DNA of 64,000 nucleotides from Pelagibacteraceae bacterium AG-461-B04 (lineage in GTDB: Bacteria > Pseudomonadota > Alphaproteobacteria > Pelagibacterales > AG-422-B15). How positions within the stretch are numbered: the stretch's first letter is position 1; each line of letters begins with the position of its first letter. The translations under genes and the position numbers were made by a program. The stretch covers positions 3,134 through 67,133 of the forward strand of contig QCRN01000001.1 of the NCBI GenBank assembly GCA_003211835.1, read 5' to 3'. Below the pieces are notes generated by a model. That model saw nothing but the letters and a program-made list of their open reading frames with translations. It had not been told where the DNA came from and ran no database searches. This document shows positions 18,945 to 28,383 of this stretch, piece by piece.

Positions 18945-20123
18945 TTAATTATTCCCAAAAATATCTCTTGTATACACCTTAGACATCAAGGCTTTTAACT
19001 TTTTATCCAACCTGTTAGCTATTATTAAATCGCATTTACTTTTAAATTTCAAAAAATTATTTTCTAGTCGAATACCAAGTATAGTTTTCTCATTTATTAA
19101 TGGCTCATAGATATAAATATCAATGTTTTCTCTTTTTAGTTTTTCAATTATTGGAATAATAGAGCTTTCTCTGAAATTATCAGAGTTAGACTTCATGATT
19201 AATCTATAAATTCCCACTCTATTAGGCCTTAACTTTATTATATTTTTTGCAATAAAATTTTTTCTTTTTTCGTTTGAATCAATCGTTGCACATATAATTT
19301 CATTGGGTGATTTATTTAAATTTTGTTTCAATTGTTTAGTATCTTTTGGTAAGCAATAACCACCATATCCAAACGATGGGTTATTATAATAATTACCTAC
19401 CCTATTATCTAAGCTAATACCTTTTATAATCTCAGTTGAATTTAAATTATTTATTTCACAGTAACTATCAAGCTCATTAAAATAAGCAATTCTCATTGCT
19501 AAATAAGAGTTCGCAAATAATTTAATTGCCTCTGCTTCTGATGATCCTGTAAATATAGTTTGCACATCAGGGTTTTTTGAACAAGATTTCATTATTTTTG
19601 CAAATTTCTTAGCTTTTACTGATCTATCTCCAACTACTATTCTAGAAGGAAAAAGATTATCATATAACGCACTTCCTTCTCTTAAAAATTCTGGTGAAAA
19701 AATAATATCTTCATAGAGAAATAATTTTCTCATTCTTTTTGTGAAACCAATAGGAACAGTTGATTTAATTATTATAGATACATTTTTATTAATTTGAAGA
19801 ATGTCACCTATAATCTTCTCAATTATTTTTGTATTAAATTCTTTTTTTCTATCGGAAAAATTAGTTGGCGCACAAATAATTATATACTTAGAATTAGTAT
19901 AAGCGTCAAATTTTTCTAAAGTCCCTAATAAATTTAATTTTTTATTTTTCAGAAATTTTGAAATTTCTTTATCCTTTATTGGAGAAACTCTCCTATTAAT
20001 TTTTTCTATTTTTTCTTTATCAACATCAATTGCTATAACGCTATTCTTTTGACTCAATAAAACACTTAGAGATAGTCCTACATATCCAAGACCTACAACT
20101 GTAATATTATAAGAATTATTCAT
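18945..20123 (-). CDS. ugd: UDP-glucose/UDP-sugar 6-dehydrogenase
   Basis: 'ITVVGLGYVGLSLSVLL' and the catalytic Cys motif 'GGYCLPKD'. The ~390-aa length is typical of Ugd. Confidence 0.85.
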   Translation of the reverse strand: MNNSYNITVVGLGYVGLSLSVLLSQKNSVIAIDVDKEKIEKINRRVSPIKDKEISKFLKNKKLNLLGTLEKFDAYTNSKYIIICAPTNFSDRKKEFNTKIIEKIIGDILQINKNVSIIIKSTVPIGFTKRMRKLFLYEDIIFSPEFLREGSALYDNLFPSRIVVGDRSVKAKKFAKIMKSCSKNPDVQTIFTGSSEAEAIKLFANSYLAMRIAYFNELDSYCEINNLNSTEIIKGISLDNRVGNYYNNPSFGYGGYCLPKDTKQLKQNLNKSPNEIICATIDSNEKRKNFIAKNIIKLRPNRVGIYRLIMKSNSDNFRESSIIPIIEKLKRENIDIYIYEPLINEKTILGIRLENNFLKFKSKCDLIIANRLDKKLKALMSKVYTRDIFGNN

Positions 20124-20144
20124 TTAATGTTTAACTATTTATTT

Positions 20145-21308
20145 CTAAATTAATTTACTTACTTTTTTTGATTTTTTTTTATATTGAAAGCTAGCAAAAC
20201 TTTTTTTAACAATTTTATAAACATCATCAATATACTCAATATTCTTAAAAGTACTAATAAATCTTTTGGTACTAAATTGACTTTCTAATTTAATTAAGTT
20301 TACATTTTTAATATTTTTTGCTTCAAAAACATTCTCACACTCTTCGTTGAACTCTTCGAATTCTTTTTGTCCTCGTATGTCATCCTTGCTTAGATAAACA
20401 CGAATATGGTTATTATCTTTTCTTTGTTTACCGTTGTATTTTGGTTTTAAATTAAAATTACTCAGTATGCCTTCACATAAATCTTTAATATTAAACATTT
20501 TATTTATAATTTTTTTATTAGGGATTAAAACATTGCCATTTACGTCCTCTAATAATGATTTCAGGCAAAGACTGCTTGCTTCTTCGTGAGTAATAAAATA
20601 TCTATTTATTTTTTCAGGTATTCCAAAGCTCTGCTTTTGCTGTGATCTTTCAACTATATGCTTCAAAATACTTCCATTTGAAAAACTAACATTTGCGAAG
20701 CGTGCTGACGATACAAATATGTTTGGATTTCTTTTCTTAAACTCAAAAAGTCTGTATTCCATCAATTTTTTTGAAATGCCCAAAATACTCGTAGGATTTG
20801 CAACCTTATCAGTTGAAACAGAAAAAATTTTTTTAAGTTTATGTTTTTGGTTAATTTTCAAGAATGGTAAAAAATAATCAGAATTAGTTCTTATCATATA
20901 TTTTATTGACTCCAGATTTTCTTCGCTTCTAACGTGCTTTACGGCTGCAAAATTCATATAATGAGTTATTGATTCATTAATTATAAATTTTTTAATATCA
21001 AAGAAAGAAAGATCTGAACAAATGTATTGGATTTTTTTTACTTTATTTAAGTTGCTAATTAAATTTATTTCTCTATTTAATTCAGTCAATCCATTTTCAT
21101 CTTTATCGAGTAAAAAAAGATTCTCAAAATTAAAAGATATTATTGAATTTATAAATGATCTCCCTATTGACCCTGCTGCACCAGTTACTAAAAAACTAGC
21201 TCCTTTAAAATCTCTTCTTATCTCATCAATCTCATTTTTCCCTAGTTTGAAGCGATTTTTTTTTGAAATAAATTTTTTTTCTAAATGAATAAATTTTGAG
21301 AAGCTCAT
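20145..21308 (-). CDS. soluble CapD-like (Polysacc_synt_2) NDP-sugar dehydratase/epimerase
   Basis: 'LVTGAAGSIGRSF', 'AAVKHV' and 'STDKVANP'. No N-terminal TM helices. Confidence 0.7.
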   Translation of the reverse strand: MSFSKFIHLEKKFISKKNRFKLGKNEIDEIRRDFKGASFLVTGAAGSIGRSFINSIISFNFENLFLLDKDENGLTELNREINLISNLNKVKKIQYICSDLSFFDIKKFIINESITHYMNFAAVKHVRSEENLESIKYMIRTNSDYFLPFLKINQKHKLKKIFSVSTDKVANPTSILGISKKLMEYRLFEFKKRNPNIFVSSARFANVSFSNGSILKHIVERSQQKQSFGIPEKINRYFITHEEASSLCLKSLLEDVNGNVLIPNKKIINKMFNIKDLCEGILSNFNLKPKYNGKQRKDNNHIRVYLSKDDIRGQKEFEEFNEECENVFEAKNIKNVNLIKLESQFSTKRFISTFKNIEYIDDVYKIVKKSFASFQYKKKSKKVSKLI

Positions 21309-21395
21309 AAATAATATATTATAAACTTATTAAAAATAATCTATAAATTAAATCAATTTAGAACTTATTAGAAAAAATAATGAAAAATTTATTTA

Positions 21396-22247
21396 ATGAT
21401 TAAGTCAATAATAAAAAAAACCCCTCTGTATATAATTTTTTTTATTATTATATTACATGCAATTCCACATCTATCCTCTTCAATCAATCGAATTTATGAC
21501 GGGCTAAAAAAAATTGATACTTATCCAAGACAAGAATACAAAGCAAAATTATACGGCCATATGGTGATTGATTTTATTAGTTCTGTTACTACAGAACTTG
21601 AAATAACTACTTTACCTTATCTTATATATCCAACTCATAACGGAGATTTATATGGAGTTGCAATGCTTTTAGATGGATACAGAGTAAATGTTAACAAAGA
21701 TATTATAATGTTCCTTGATATGGATAAGCCTATATGGAAGGATGATAAATCAAAATGCCAAAGGGAAATAAACAATAATAATTTGACTAAGATATGTCAG
21801 CTACCAGACAATTATATAATTACTGGAATACAATTTTCAGAAGCATTTGGTAACAGTTCTCATACAATAAGTTTTGAATGTAAAAATAAAATCATTTCTA
21901 AATTTATTTTTGATAAAAGTAACTTAATTCATTCAGAAAATATTCCATATGATAATCTTTTAAAGATTCCTAATAAAGATAAATTTTATAAAACAATTAA
22001 TAAAAAAGATTGCGATAAGACAATAACAATTACTATTAGCGATATCAAAGAAAACGATTTTCATTTCAGTATCACTGGATTGAGTGGTGAAGGGGGAACT
22101 GCAGGAAATGTTATGGATAATGTTCCAGAACATATTATAATTTTGTGGGACAAAAAAGATGCTAGAAATTATTTAGCTGTTAATAAAAATAACCTTAATA
22201 AAATTTTAAATAAATATAAATTTATTAATAATAGCTACAAGGATTAA
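21396..22247 (+). CDS. hypothetical signal-anchored/exported protein
   Basis: N-terminal hydrophobic helix 'LYIIFFIIILHAI'. No recognised domain. Ends 6 nt before the next membrane-protein gene. Confidence 0.5.
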   Translation: MIKSIIKKTPLYIIFFIIILHAIPHLSSSINRIYDGLKKIDTYPRQEYKAKLYGHMVIDFISSVTTELEITTLPYLIYPTHNGDLYGVAMLLDGYRVNVNKDIIMFLDMDKPIWKDDKSKCQREINNNNLTKICQLPDNYIITGIQFSEAFGNSSHTISFECKNKIISKFIFDKSNLIHSENIPYDNLLKIPNKDKFYKTINKKDCDKTITITISDIKENDFHFSITGLSGEGGTAGNVMDNVPEHIIILWDKKDARNYLAVNKNNLNKILNKYKFINNSYKD

Positions 22248-22253
22248 AAAAAT

Positions 22254-23666
22254 TTGGACAATGTTATTTATAAAAATTTGGTTTTCGCAGTTGATTTTTT
22301 TTGGAACAACTATTTTTACTCTATAGTTTTCTTATTAATTATTCCATTTTTCTTCTCCTACTTGTTTACTAGTAAAAGTAAATTGCCTAGCGATATAAAT
22401 TGGCTATTTGGAATCATAATTTTAAGTATATTTATAATACTTTTACACGCCCATGGTTTGAGTAAAAATTTAACATTCATAATAATATATATACTATCTA
22501 TTGCGGGTTTTGTGTCTTTCATAAAAAATATGAATAAATTTAATTTTAGGATGAATATTCTTAGTCTTAAATCTCTGGTTTATTTTATCTCTTTTATATT
22601 TGCCTTTGATGCTCTTTTAGTTACATACTTCGAACCGATTGTTGCTGGAGATAGTCTTGCTTACTGGTGGAGTAAGACAAAGGCATTATATCAATGGCAG
22701 CCATTAAATCTTTTCTTATCTCCTCAATATCCTCATCTGGGCAGTACTATTTGGATGTTGGCCATAAACTATGCTGATGGGAATGAATTCGTTGGTCGAG
22801 GATTATTTGCTACTCTTCAGGCAATAATTTTTATCTCGTTTTGTTTTGCGTTAAACTTAAAAAATCTCGATCTTGCTTCAAGGATCGTCTATGGAGGCGT
22901 AGTAGTTTTATCTTATATATTTTTAGTTAAGCTTGAAATGGGTGGAGGTCTTACCTTTACGTATTCAGGATATATGGATTGGCTTGTAGCAATAATACCT
23001 TGTTTTGGCTATTTCTTATTTGGATATAGAAATATCTTACAAAATAAGTCTGAGAAATATCAATTGCATGTAGATAATGCAATATTAATTGTATTTTTCT
23101 CATCAGCTGCCTTAGTAAAAGCAGAAGGGTATACAGATATACTTATATATTTAGTATCTATTTCTCTTTGTTTTGTATTTTTCACGAATAAAAAAATAGA
23201 GATCAAAAATATTGTACCTGTAATAATAAGCTTTTTTATAATTTTTATTATTATTAATATTAATAATTATATTTATTTAATAAATGAAATATCAATTGGA
23301 AATACACATGGATTTAATGTGAAGGGTATTCTTTTGTCTTATCAAAATATTGACAGAACACCTTTAATAATTGAATACCTAATCAAGTCTACCTTAAATA
23401 ACTCTTGGGTATATATAACATACATGATCTTATTGTTTGGAATAATTATAATTAAGAGATTTGATCTGTTGGTACTTTCGCTATTACCAATCTTATTGTA
23501 CTATTTCTTCATATATTTGGTTTTTATGTCTACTACAAGCCCTATTGAATGGCATTTATCTACAACGTTATTTAGACTAAACTATCATATAATAATTATG
23601 ATGATTTTTAGTAATATTATGTTTATTAAATTTCTACTCAATAAATACAATCTTCGTAATAAATAA
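22254..23666 (+). CDS. polytopic membrane protein (GT-C/PMT_2-like or Wzy/O-antigen-ligase-like)
   Basis: At least 11 hydrophobic segments across 470 aa. The loop 'VAGDSLAYWWSKTKALY....QYPHLGSTIW' resembles the D-x-x-Y...HPPL loop of ArnT/PMT-type enzymes. TTG start. Confidence 0.5.
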   Translation: MDNVIYKNLVFAVDFFWNNYFYSIVFLLIIPFFFSYLFTSKSKLPSDINWLFGIIILSIFIILLHAHGLSKNLTFIIIYILSIAGFVSFIKNMNKFNFRMNILSLKSLVYFISFIFAFDALLVTYFEPIVAGDSLAYWWSKTKALYQWQPLNLFLSPQYPHLGSTIWMLAINYADGNEFVGRGLFATLQAIIFISFCFALNLKNLDLASRIVYGGVVVLSYIFLVKLEMGGGLTFTYSGYMDWLVAIIPCFGYFLFGYRNILQNKSEKYQLHVDNAILIVFFSSAALVKAEGYTDILIYLVSISLCFVFFTNKKIEIKNIVPVIISFFIIFIIININNYIYLINEISIGNTHGFNVKGILLSYQNIDRTPLIIEYLIKSTLNNSWVYITYMILLFGIIIIKRFDLLVLSLLPILLYYFFIYLVFMSTTSPIEWHLSTTLFRLNYHIIIMMIFSNIMFIKFLLNKYNLRNK

Positions 23667-23729
23667 AATTATGCACAAATTGTTCATTTTTTAGATGAGA
23701 TAGTCATAGGTAATTAAATAAATTTCATT

Positions 23730-25049
23730 TTAAAAATTCAGTCTAGTAAATTTAGATATTAAAAACTTCCTATATGATTTTTCAAGAAGGTCTCTGGCCA
23801 TTTTCTTTGATATTTCTGCGTGATCATAAACTAATCCGTACTGATTGAAATCCTGATAGATAGATACATTAATTTTTGTTTTATTCTTATTGAAGTATGG
23901 AGTTCCTGGATATGGTGTAAAAATTGAAAATTGTGCTAAATCCAAATTAAGTTTGCAGGCATAGTCTATAGTTGCATTACATGTATCTACTGTGTCCTCT
24001 GGTTGAGCTAGAATAAACATTCCTACTGTCTTGATTTTTGCTTTTCTTATTTTATTAATGATTCTACTTTGATCATCATTTGCAATTGAATAACGGTTTA
24101 CCGAATTTCTTACAGACTCTATAGCTGACTCTATTCCAAACTTTAACCAACTGATTTTAGCATGCTTACATAAATCAATAAATTCATCATCAATATTCTT
24201 TAAATGTAACTCTGCAGTAAAATCAATATTTAAATTAGCATCACCTATCGATTTTAACAAAAGCTTAGCCTGCTTTATATTTATTGAGAATACTGGATCT
24301 CTAAAAACTATATGAGCCTTACCATATTTGTTCGAAAGTATTTTGAATTTTTCTACAACACTTGAATGTTTTTCTGGTAAAATTTTTCTACCCTGACTCA
24401 AAGGATAAGTACAATATTCAAAGCAAGAATATGGACAACCTCTTGTTGCAATGAATGGAAAAAATGGTTTTCCTCCTCCTAAAAACCAGTTTTTAGTTTT
24501 GGGAAGGCCTTTTCTTTTCCAATTAATTAATTGAAGTTTTTCTGTGTCTCCATTTTGAACTCTTATAATTTCGTGATCAATAATATCACCTAGTTTTTTA
24601 TTTTCTTTCTCAAGAGTTTCTGGAAAAAATTCATAATTACCACTTAATATAATTATTCCTTTTGGAACTTTTTCTTTTAAATGCCCAGCAACTGTTCCAC
24701 ATAAAAAAATAGGAACACTAGTACACTCTAAAATATTATTAATGCTCTCAATTTCAGTCTCAAAACAGACAATTGAAGAACAGACAAATATAGCATCCCA
24801 CTTTCCAGAAACTTTTTCTTTTACTCCAATATGTTTTAAATAAATACATTCATTACCTCTTATCTCAAACTCTTCAATCAATTGCATAAAAGATAGGTTA
24901 GGCCAGAAAACAGAATTTTTTACAATCCAAGAAATTGATTTTCCTAAAACTCCATCCCCTAGACTATTTTCTGTTCCATAACCACCAGCAGTATCTTTTG
25001 ATATCCTTGATGATGATTTTTTATAAATATCAAGAAATAGAAATTTCAT
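23730..25049 (-). CDS. class B (cobalamin-binding domain) radical SAM enzyme
   Basis: The N-terminal Rossmann-like region 'DAIFVCSS....PIFLCGTVAGHL' resembles a B12-binding domain. The core has 'IATRGCPYSCFEYCTYP'. Note the Cx3Cx3C spacing, confirmed in the DNA at 24411-24437. Confidence 0.7.
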   Translation of the reverse strand: MKFLFLDIYKKSSSRISKDTAGGYGTENSLGDGVLGKSISWIVKNSVFWPNLSFMQLIEEFEIRGNECIYLKHIGVKEKVSGKWDAIFVCSSIVCFETEIESINNILECTSVPIFLCGTVAGHLKEKVPKGIIILSGNYEFFPETLEKENKKLGDIIDHEIIRVQNGDTEKLQLINWKRKGLPKTKNWFLGGGKPFFPFIATRGCPYSCFEYCTYPLSQGRKILPEKHSSVVEKFKILSNKYGKAHIVFRDPVFSINIKQAKLLLKSIGDANLNIDFTAELHLKNIDDEFIDLCKHAKISWLKFGIESAIESVRNSVNRYSIANDDQSRIINKIRKAKIKTVGMFILAQPEDTVDTCNATIDYACKLNLDLAQFSIFTPYPGTPYFNKNKTKINVSIYQDFNQYGLVYDHAEISKKMARDLLEKSYRKFLISKFTRLNF

Positions 25050-25052
25050 TAA

Positions 25053-25715
25053 TCATAACCTATTAAAAAGAAGCAATATTCTTATCAAAATACCACTTAT
25101 TCCGTCAGGAACAATCAAATTATTATTTGTGCGCAATTCATTCATAATTTTTCTCGACCACACTAATCTAGATTGAGCAAAAAACTTTCCTATTCCAATT
25201 ATTTTTTCTCCAATGGGGGGGAGAATAAAGAAACAAATTTTTTCTGACTTATTTAATCGCAATGTATTGTAGCAATAAAATTCTAGTTTTTTAATTGATT
25301 TATACATATCAGAATGCAAGAAAGGAATGAGAGATAGAGATGAACCTAAAATAATGACTCTGTTAACTTCTTTTTTTAATGAAAGCATATGCATTATTTT
25401 GATAGAAGTAATTCCCCATTCAACTACATTAAAATCTTTATAGTTTGCATTTTGTGGTGGTGTATTTGCAAAGATAATATCAAAAGATAATTCGATACTG
25501 TCAGTGTAGAAAATATCTTCTATAATTTTAACTGCTAATGATGGATCAATACTTTCTAAAATTTTATAATTTTTTTTAATACCGATATATCTGCGATGAC
25601 ATATAATAAATATCTCGCTATAAGATTCTAGATATTCATTATTTTTTAGTATCTCTTGAACAATGGTTGAATTACCACCAATAAGAATAATTTTCTTTTT
25701 TTCATTATTTTTCAT
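25053..25715 (-). CDS. atypical SDR-like NAD(P)-binding protein, putative
   Basis: 'KIILIGGNSTIVQEI' (glycine-rich turn), 'ILGSS', 'MYKSIKK' (YxxxK). Weak assignment. Confidence 0.4.
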   Translation of the reverse strand: MKNNEKKKIILIGGNSTIVQEILKNNEYLESYSEIFIICHRRYIGIKKNYKILESIDPSLAVKIIEDIFYTDSIELSFDIIFANTPPQNANYKDFNVVEWGITSIKIMHMLSLKKEVNRVIILGSSLSLIPFLHSDMYKSIKKLEFYCYNTLRLNKSEKICFFILPPIGEKIIGIGKFFAQSRLVWSRKIMNELRTNNNLIVPDGISGILIRILLLFNRL

Positions 25716-25889
25716 ATTTAAATTGCAGAGAGAATCATCATTATTTTCAATTTTAGATAAATTAAAACGATTTTTATTAAAAAAATTAATATTTTTTTAA
25801 GACTATAGTTTGTATCAGGATAAAATATAATATTAATTTATAGAAAATAATCTATAAATTAGAGCATATACCAAATAACAAATAATATT

Positions 25890-26579
25890 TTGATAAAAAC
25901 TGCTGTTATACTTGTTGGAGGCCTTGGACTAAGATTAAGACCATTGACTAACACAATACCTAAGCCACTTCTAAGATTTGGAAGTGATACAATACTTGAA
26001 ATAATAGTTAATAATTTATCAAAAAATCATTTTAATAAAATTATACTTGCTGCAAGATATAGATCAGAAAAATTTAAAAAAGAGATTAAAAAGCTTGAGA
26101 AAAAATTTCCAAAAATTACCTTTGACTTAAGTGTAGAAAAAAAACCTTTAGGTACGTGTGGTCCACTCAAATTATTAGAGAAAAAACTGCCTGAATTTTT
26201 TTTAGTTTTAAATGGTGACATTATAACTAATGTAAAATTTAAAAAAGCAGAAAAAATGTTCCTGAGTTCTAAATCACCTTTATTGATATTCTCAAAAGAA
26301 ATTAAACAACCTTTTGATTTTGGTCAATTAATAGTAAAAAAAAATAAAATAGTTAATATCCTCGAAAAGCCTATATTTAAAAATGAAATTGTAGCTGGTA
26401 TTTATTATTTTAAAAAATCCTTGATAAAAGAGATTCCAAGAAACAAGTATTATGGGATGGATGATTTAATAAAAATGCTTTTAAGAAAAAAAACAAAAAT
26501 AGATAGACATTTAATTGAGGATTTTTGGCTTGATGTTGGAGATATGAACTACTTTGAAAGAAACCGTTTTAAAGACTAA
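25890..26579 (+). CDS. sugar-phosphate nucleotidyltransferase (HddC/ManC-N-like)
   Basis: 'AVILVGGLGLRLRPLT..IPKPLL', 'EKKPLGTCGP', 'VLNGD', 'WLDVGDMNYFE'. TTG start. Confidence 0.8.
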   Translation: MIKTAVILVGGLGLRLRPLTNTIPKPLLRFGSDTILEIIVNNLSKNHFNKIILAARYRSEKFKKEIKKLEKKFPKITFDLSVEKKPLGTCGPLKLLEKKLPEFFLVLNGDIITNVKFKKAEKMFLSSKSPLLIFSKEIKQPFDFGQLIVKKNKIVNILEKPIFKNEIVAGIYYFKKSLIKEIPRNKYYGMDDLIKMLLRKKTKIDRHLIEDFWLDVGDMNYFERNRFKD

Positions 26580-27280
26580 TCTCTAAACTTTAATTTAATT
26601 AAATTAACAATCATATTTATTACATCTAACGGGTTTACTTTACTATTTCCAATATTTCTTTTTTTAAATTTAATACCTATTTCATTGTACATAATATTAT
26701 TTTTTTGAATATAGATAAGAATTTCAAGATCAATATTCCAATTATTTGAAAATCTACTAAAATTTTCAAAATGCTTTTTACTTATAATTTTGAGTGAATT
26801 GATATCTATAAATTTTAAATTTAGTAACACTTTTGTGATCTTCTTATATAGGTTACTTTGAATTTTTCTGAAGTAACCATTATATGACGATTTTCTAAAT
26901 GTAATAATATTTGAACTATTGCTATTATTTAATATTTCAACCAATTCTTCAGCGTCATATTGATCATCTATTGGGAAAAAACAAATTCGTTTAAACTTTG
27001 AATTTTGAAAACCTAGTTTAATTGCAGAACCATAGCCATTTCTTTTAGCTTCTTGAAAAATCAATATTCTAAATTTTTTTTTAAGTAATTTTAATTCTAA
27101 CAATGAATTATCATCGCTACCGCTTTCAACAAAAATAACTTCGTAATCGCAATTAATTTTTTCAAAGGATTTTAAAAAAAATTCTGAATTTTTTTTTATC
27201 GCCTCCTCTTCATTATATATTGGAATAATTATAGAAATCGAGTCTATATTTTCTTGAAAAACTTTCTTATCAGATCGCAT
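26576..27280 (-). CDS. GT2 glycosyltransferase, DPM1/ArnC-like
   Basis: 'ISIIIPIYNEEEAI', 'VIFVESGSDDNS', 'RNGYGSAIKLGF', 'FFPIDDQYD'. Confidence 0.75.
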   Translation of the reverse strand: MRSDKKVFQENIDSISIIIPIYNEEEAIKKNSEFFLKSFEKINCDYEVIFVESGSDDNSLLELKLLKKKFRILIFQEAKRNGYGSAIKLGFQNSKFKRICFFPIDDQYDAEELVEILNNSNSSNIITFRKSSYNGYFRKIQSNLYKKITKVLLNLKFIDINSLKIISKKHFENFSRFSNNWNIDLEILIYIQKNNIMYNEIGIKFKKRNIGNSKVNPLDVINMIVNLIKLKFRD

Positions 27281-28374
27281 GTATATTCTATATCACATTT
27301 TCTTAAATTATTGTGTATTGGTATACATATATTTTCACGACTAAGATTGTAAGCATTTGGAAAATTATCTTTCGTCTTTGATAAACTATAACATTCGCCT
27401 GTCATAAATGGCAAAGGATGAGGGTAATATATGCTAGCCTGCACTCCATGAGATGTTAGATAATTTTTAAGTCTTAATCTAAGTTTCTTTTCTACAAGAA
27501 CTGAAAAAACATGGTAACAGGTATAAGTACCTTCAGAAATTTGTTGAAATTTTAAAGGCAGGTCACTTAGTTGAAGAATATATTCTCTTGCAATTTGATT
27601 TCTTTTGTTGTTCCAGCTTTCTAAGTATTTCATTTTTAATAACAATACAATTGCTTGTATTTCATCCATCCTAAAGTTATTTCCTGTTACAAGAGATTTA
27701 TAATCTCTCTTATGTAATCCATAATTTCTATAAATATCTAGCTTAGAGTAAATTTTTTTCTGATTCGTCAAAACAACGCCTGCATCTCCAAATGCACCTA
27801 GATTCTTAGTTGGGTAAAAACTAAAAATACTAGCTTTTCCTAAATTACCAGCCATAATTTTATTAATAGAACTGCCATGCGCCTGGGAAGCATCTTCAAT
27901 GACAAAAGTTCTTTTGTTATCTAAATCTTTTTTAAGGTCCTTTACATCGAAAACATTGCCAAATAAATGTACTGGCATAATGAGTTTAGTTTTCTTATTA
28001 TATTTTTTTAATAAATCATTTTTACTCAATAAGTGACTAGAATAATTTACGTCAGCATATACTATTTTTTTTCCATAGTTGAGCAGGGGCATGCTTACTG
28101 GTATTGGTCCGTATGCAGGAACAATAATTTCATCCTTACAATCGTTATCCGTTAGCAAATTTACCAAAGCACTGGTAGCAGTAGAAGCGCTTGAATAACC
28201 AACAGCATACTTTGCTTTTATAAAATTTGAAAATTTATTTTCGAATTTAGCTACATACTTTCCGTTAATAAATTTGCCATTTTTAATAATACTATTTATT
28301 GTTCTAATAAATTCTTTATTATCATTGTAATTTAAATGAAAATGATCTTTAAAAATTTTATAATTATATTGCAT
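27244..28374 (-). CDS. DegT/DnrJ/EryC1/StrS sugar aminotransferase (ArnB-like)
   Basis: 'FENKFSNFIKAKYAVGYSSASTA', 'VIEDASQAHGS', 'SFYPTKNLGAFGDAG'. Confidence 0.85.
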   Translation of the reverse strand: MQYNYKIFKDHFHLNYNDNKEFIRTINSIIKNGKFINGKYVAKFENKFSNFIKAKYAVGYSSASTATSALVNLLTDNDCKDEIIVPAYGPIPVSMPLLNYGKKIVYADVNYSSHLLSKNDLLKKYNKKTKLIMPVHLFGNVFDVKDLKKDLDNKRTFVIEDASQAHGSSINKIMAGNLGKASIFSFYPTKNLGAFGDAGVVLTNQKKIYSKLDIYRNYGLHKRDYKSLVTGNNFRMDEIQAIVLLLKMKYLESWNNKRNQIAREYILQLSDLPLKFQQISEGTYTCYHVFSVLVEKKLRLRLKNYLTSHGVQASIYYPHPLPFMTGECYSLSKTKDNFPNAYNLSRENICIPIHNNLRKCDIEYTCDLIRKFFKKI

Positions 28375-28383
28375 AGGTTCTAA

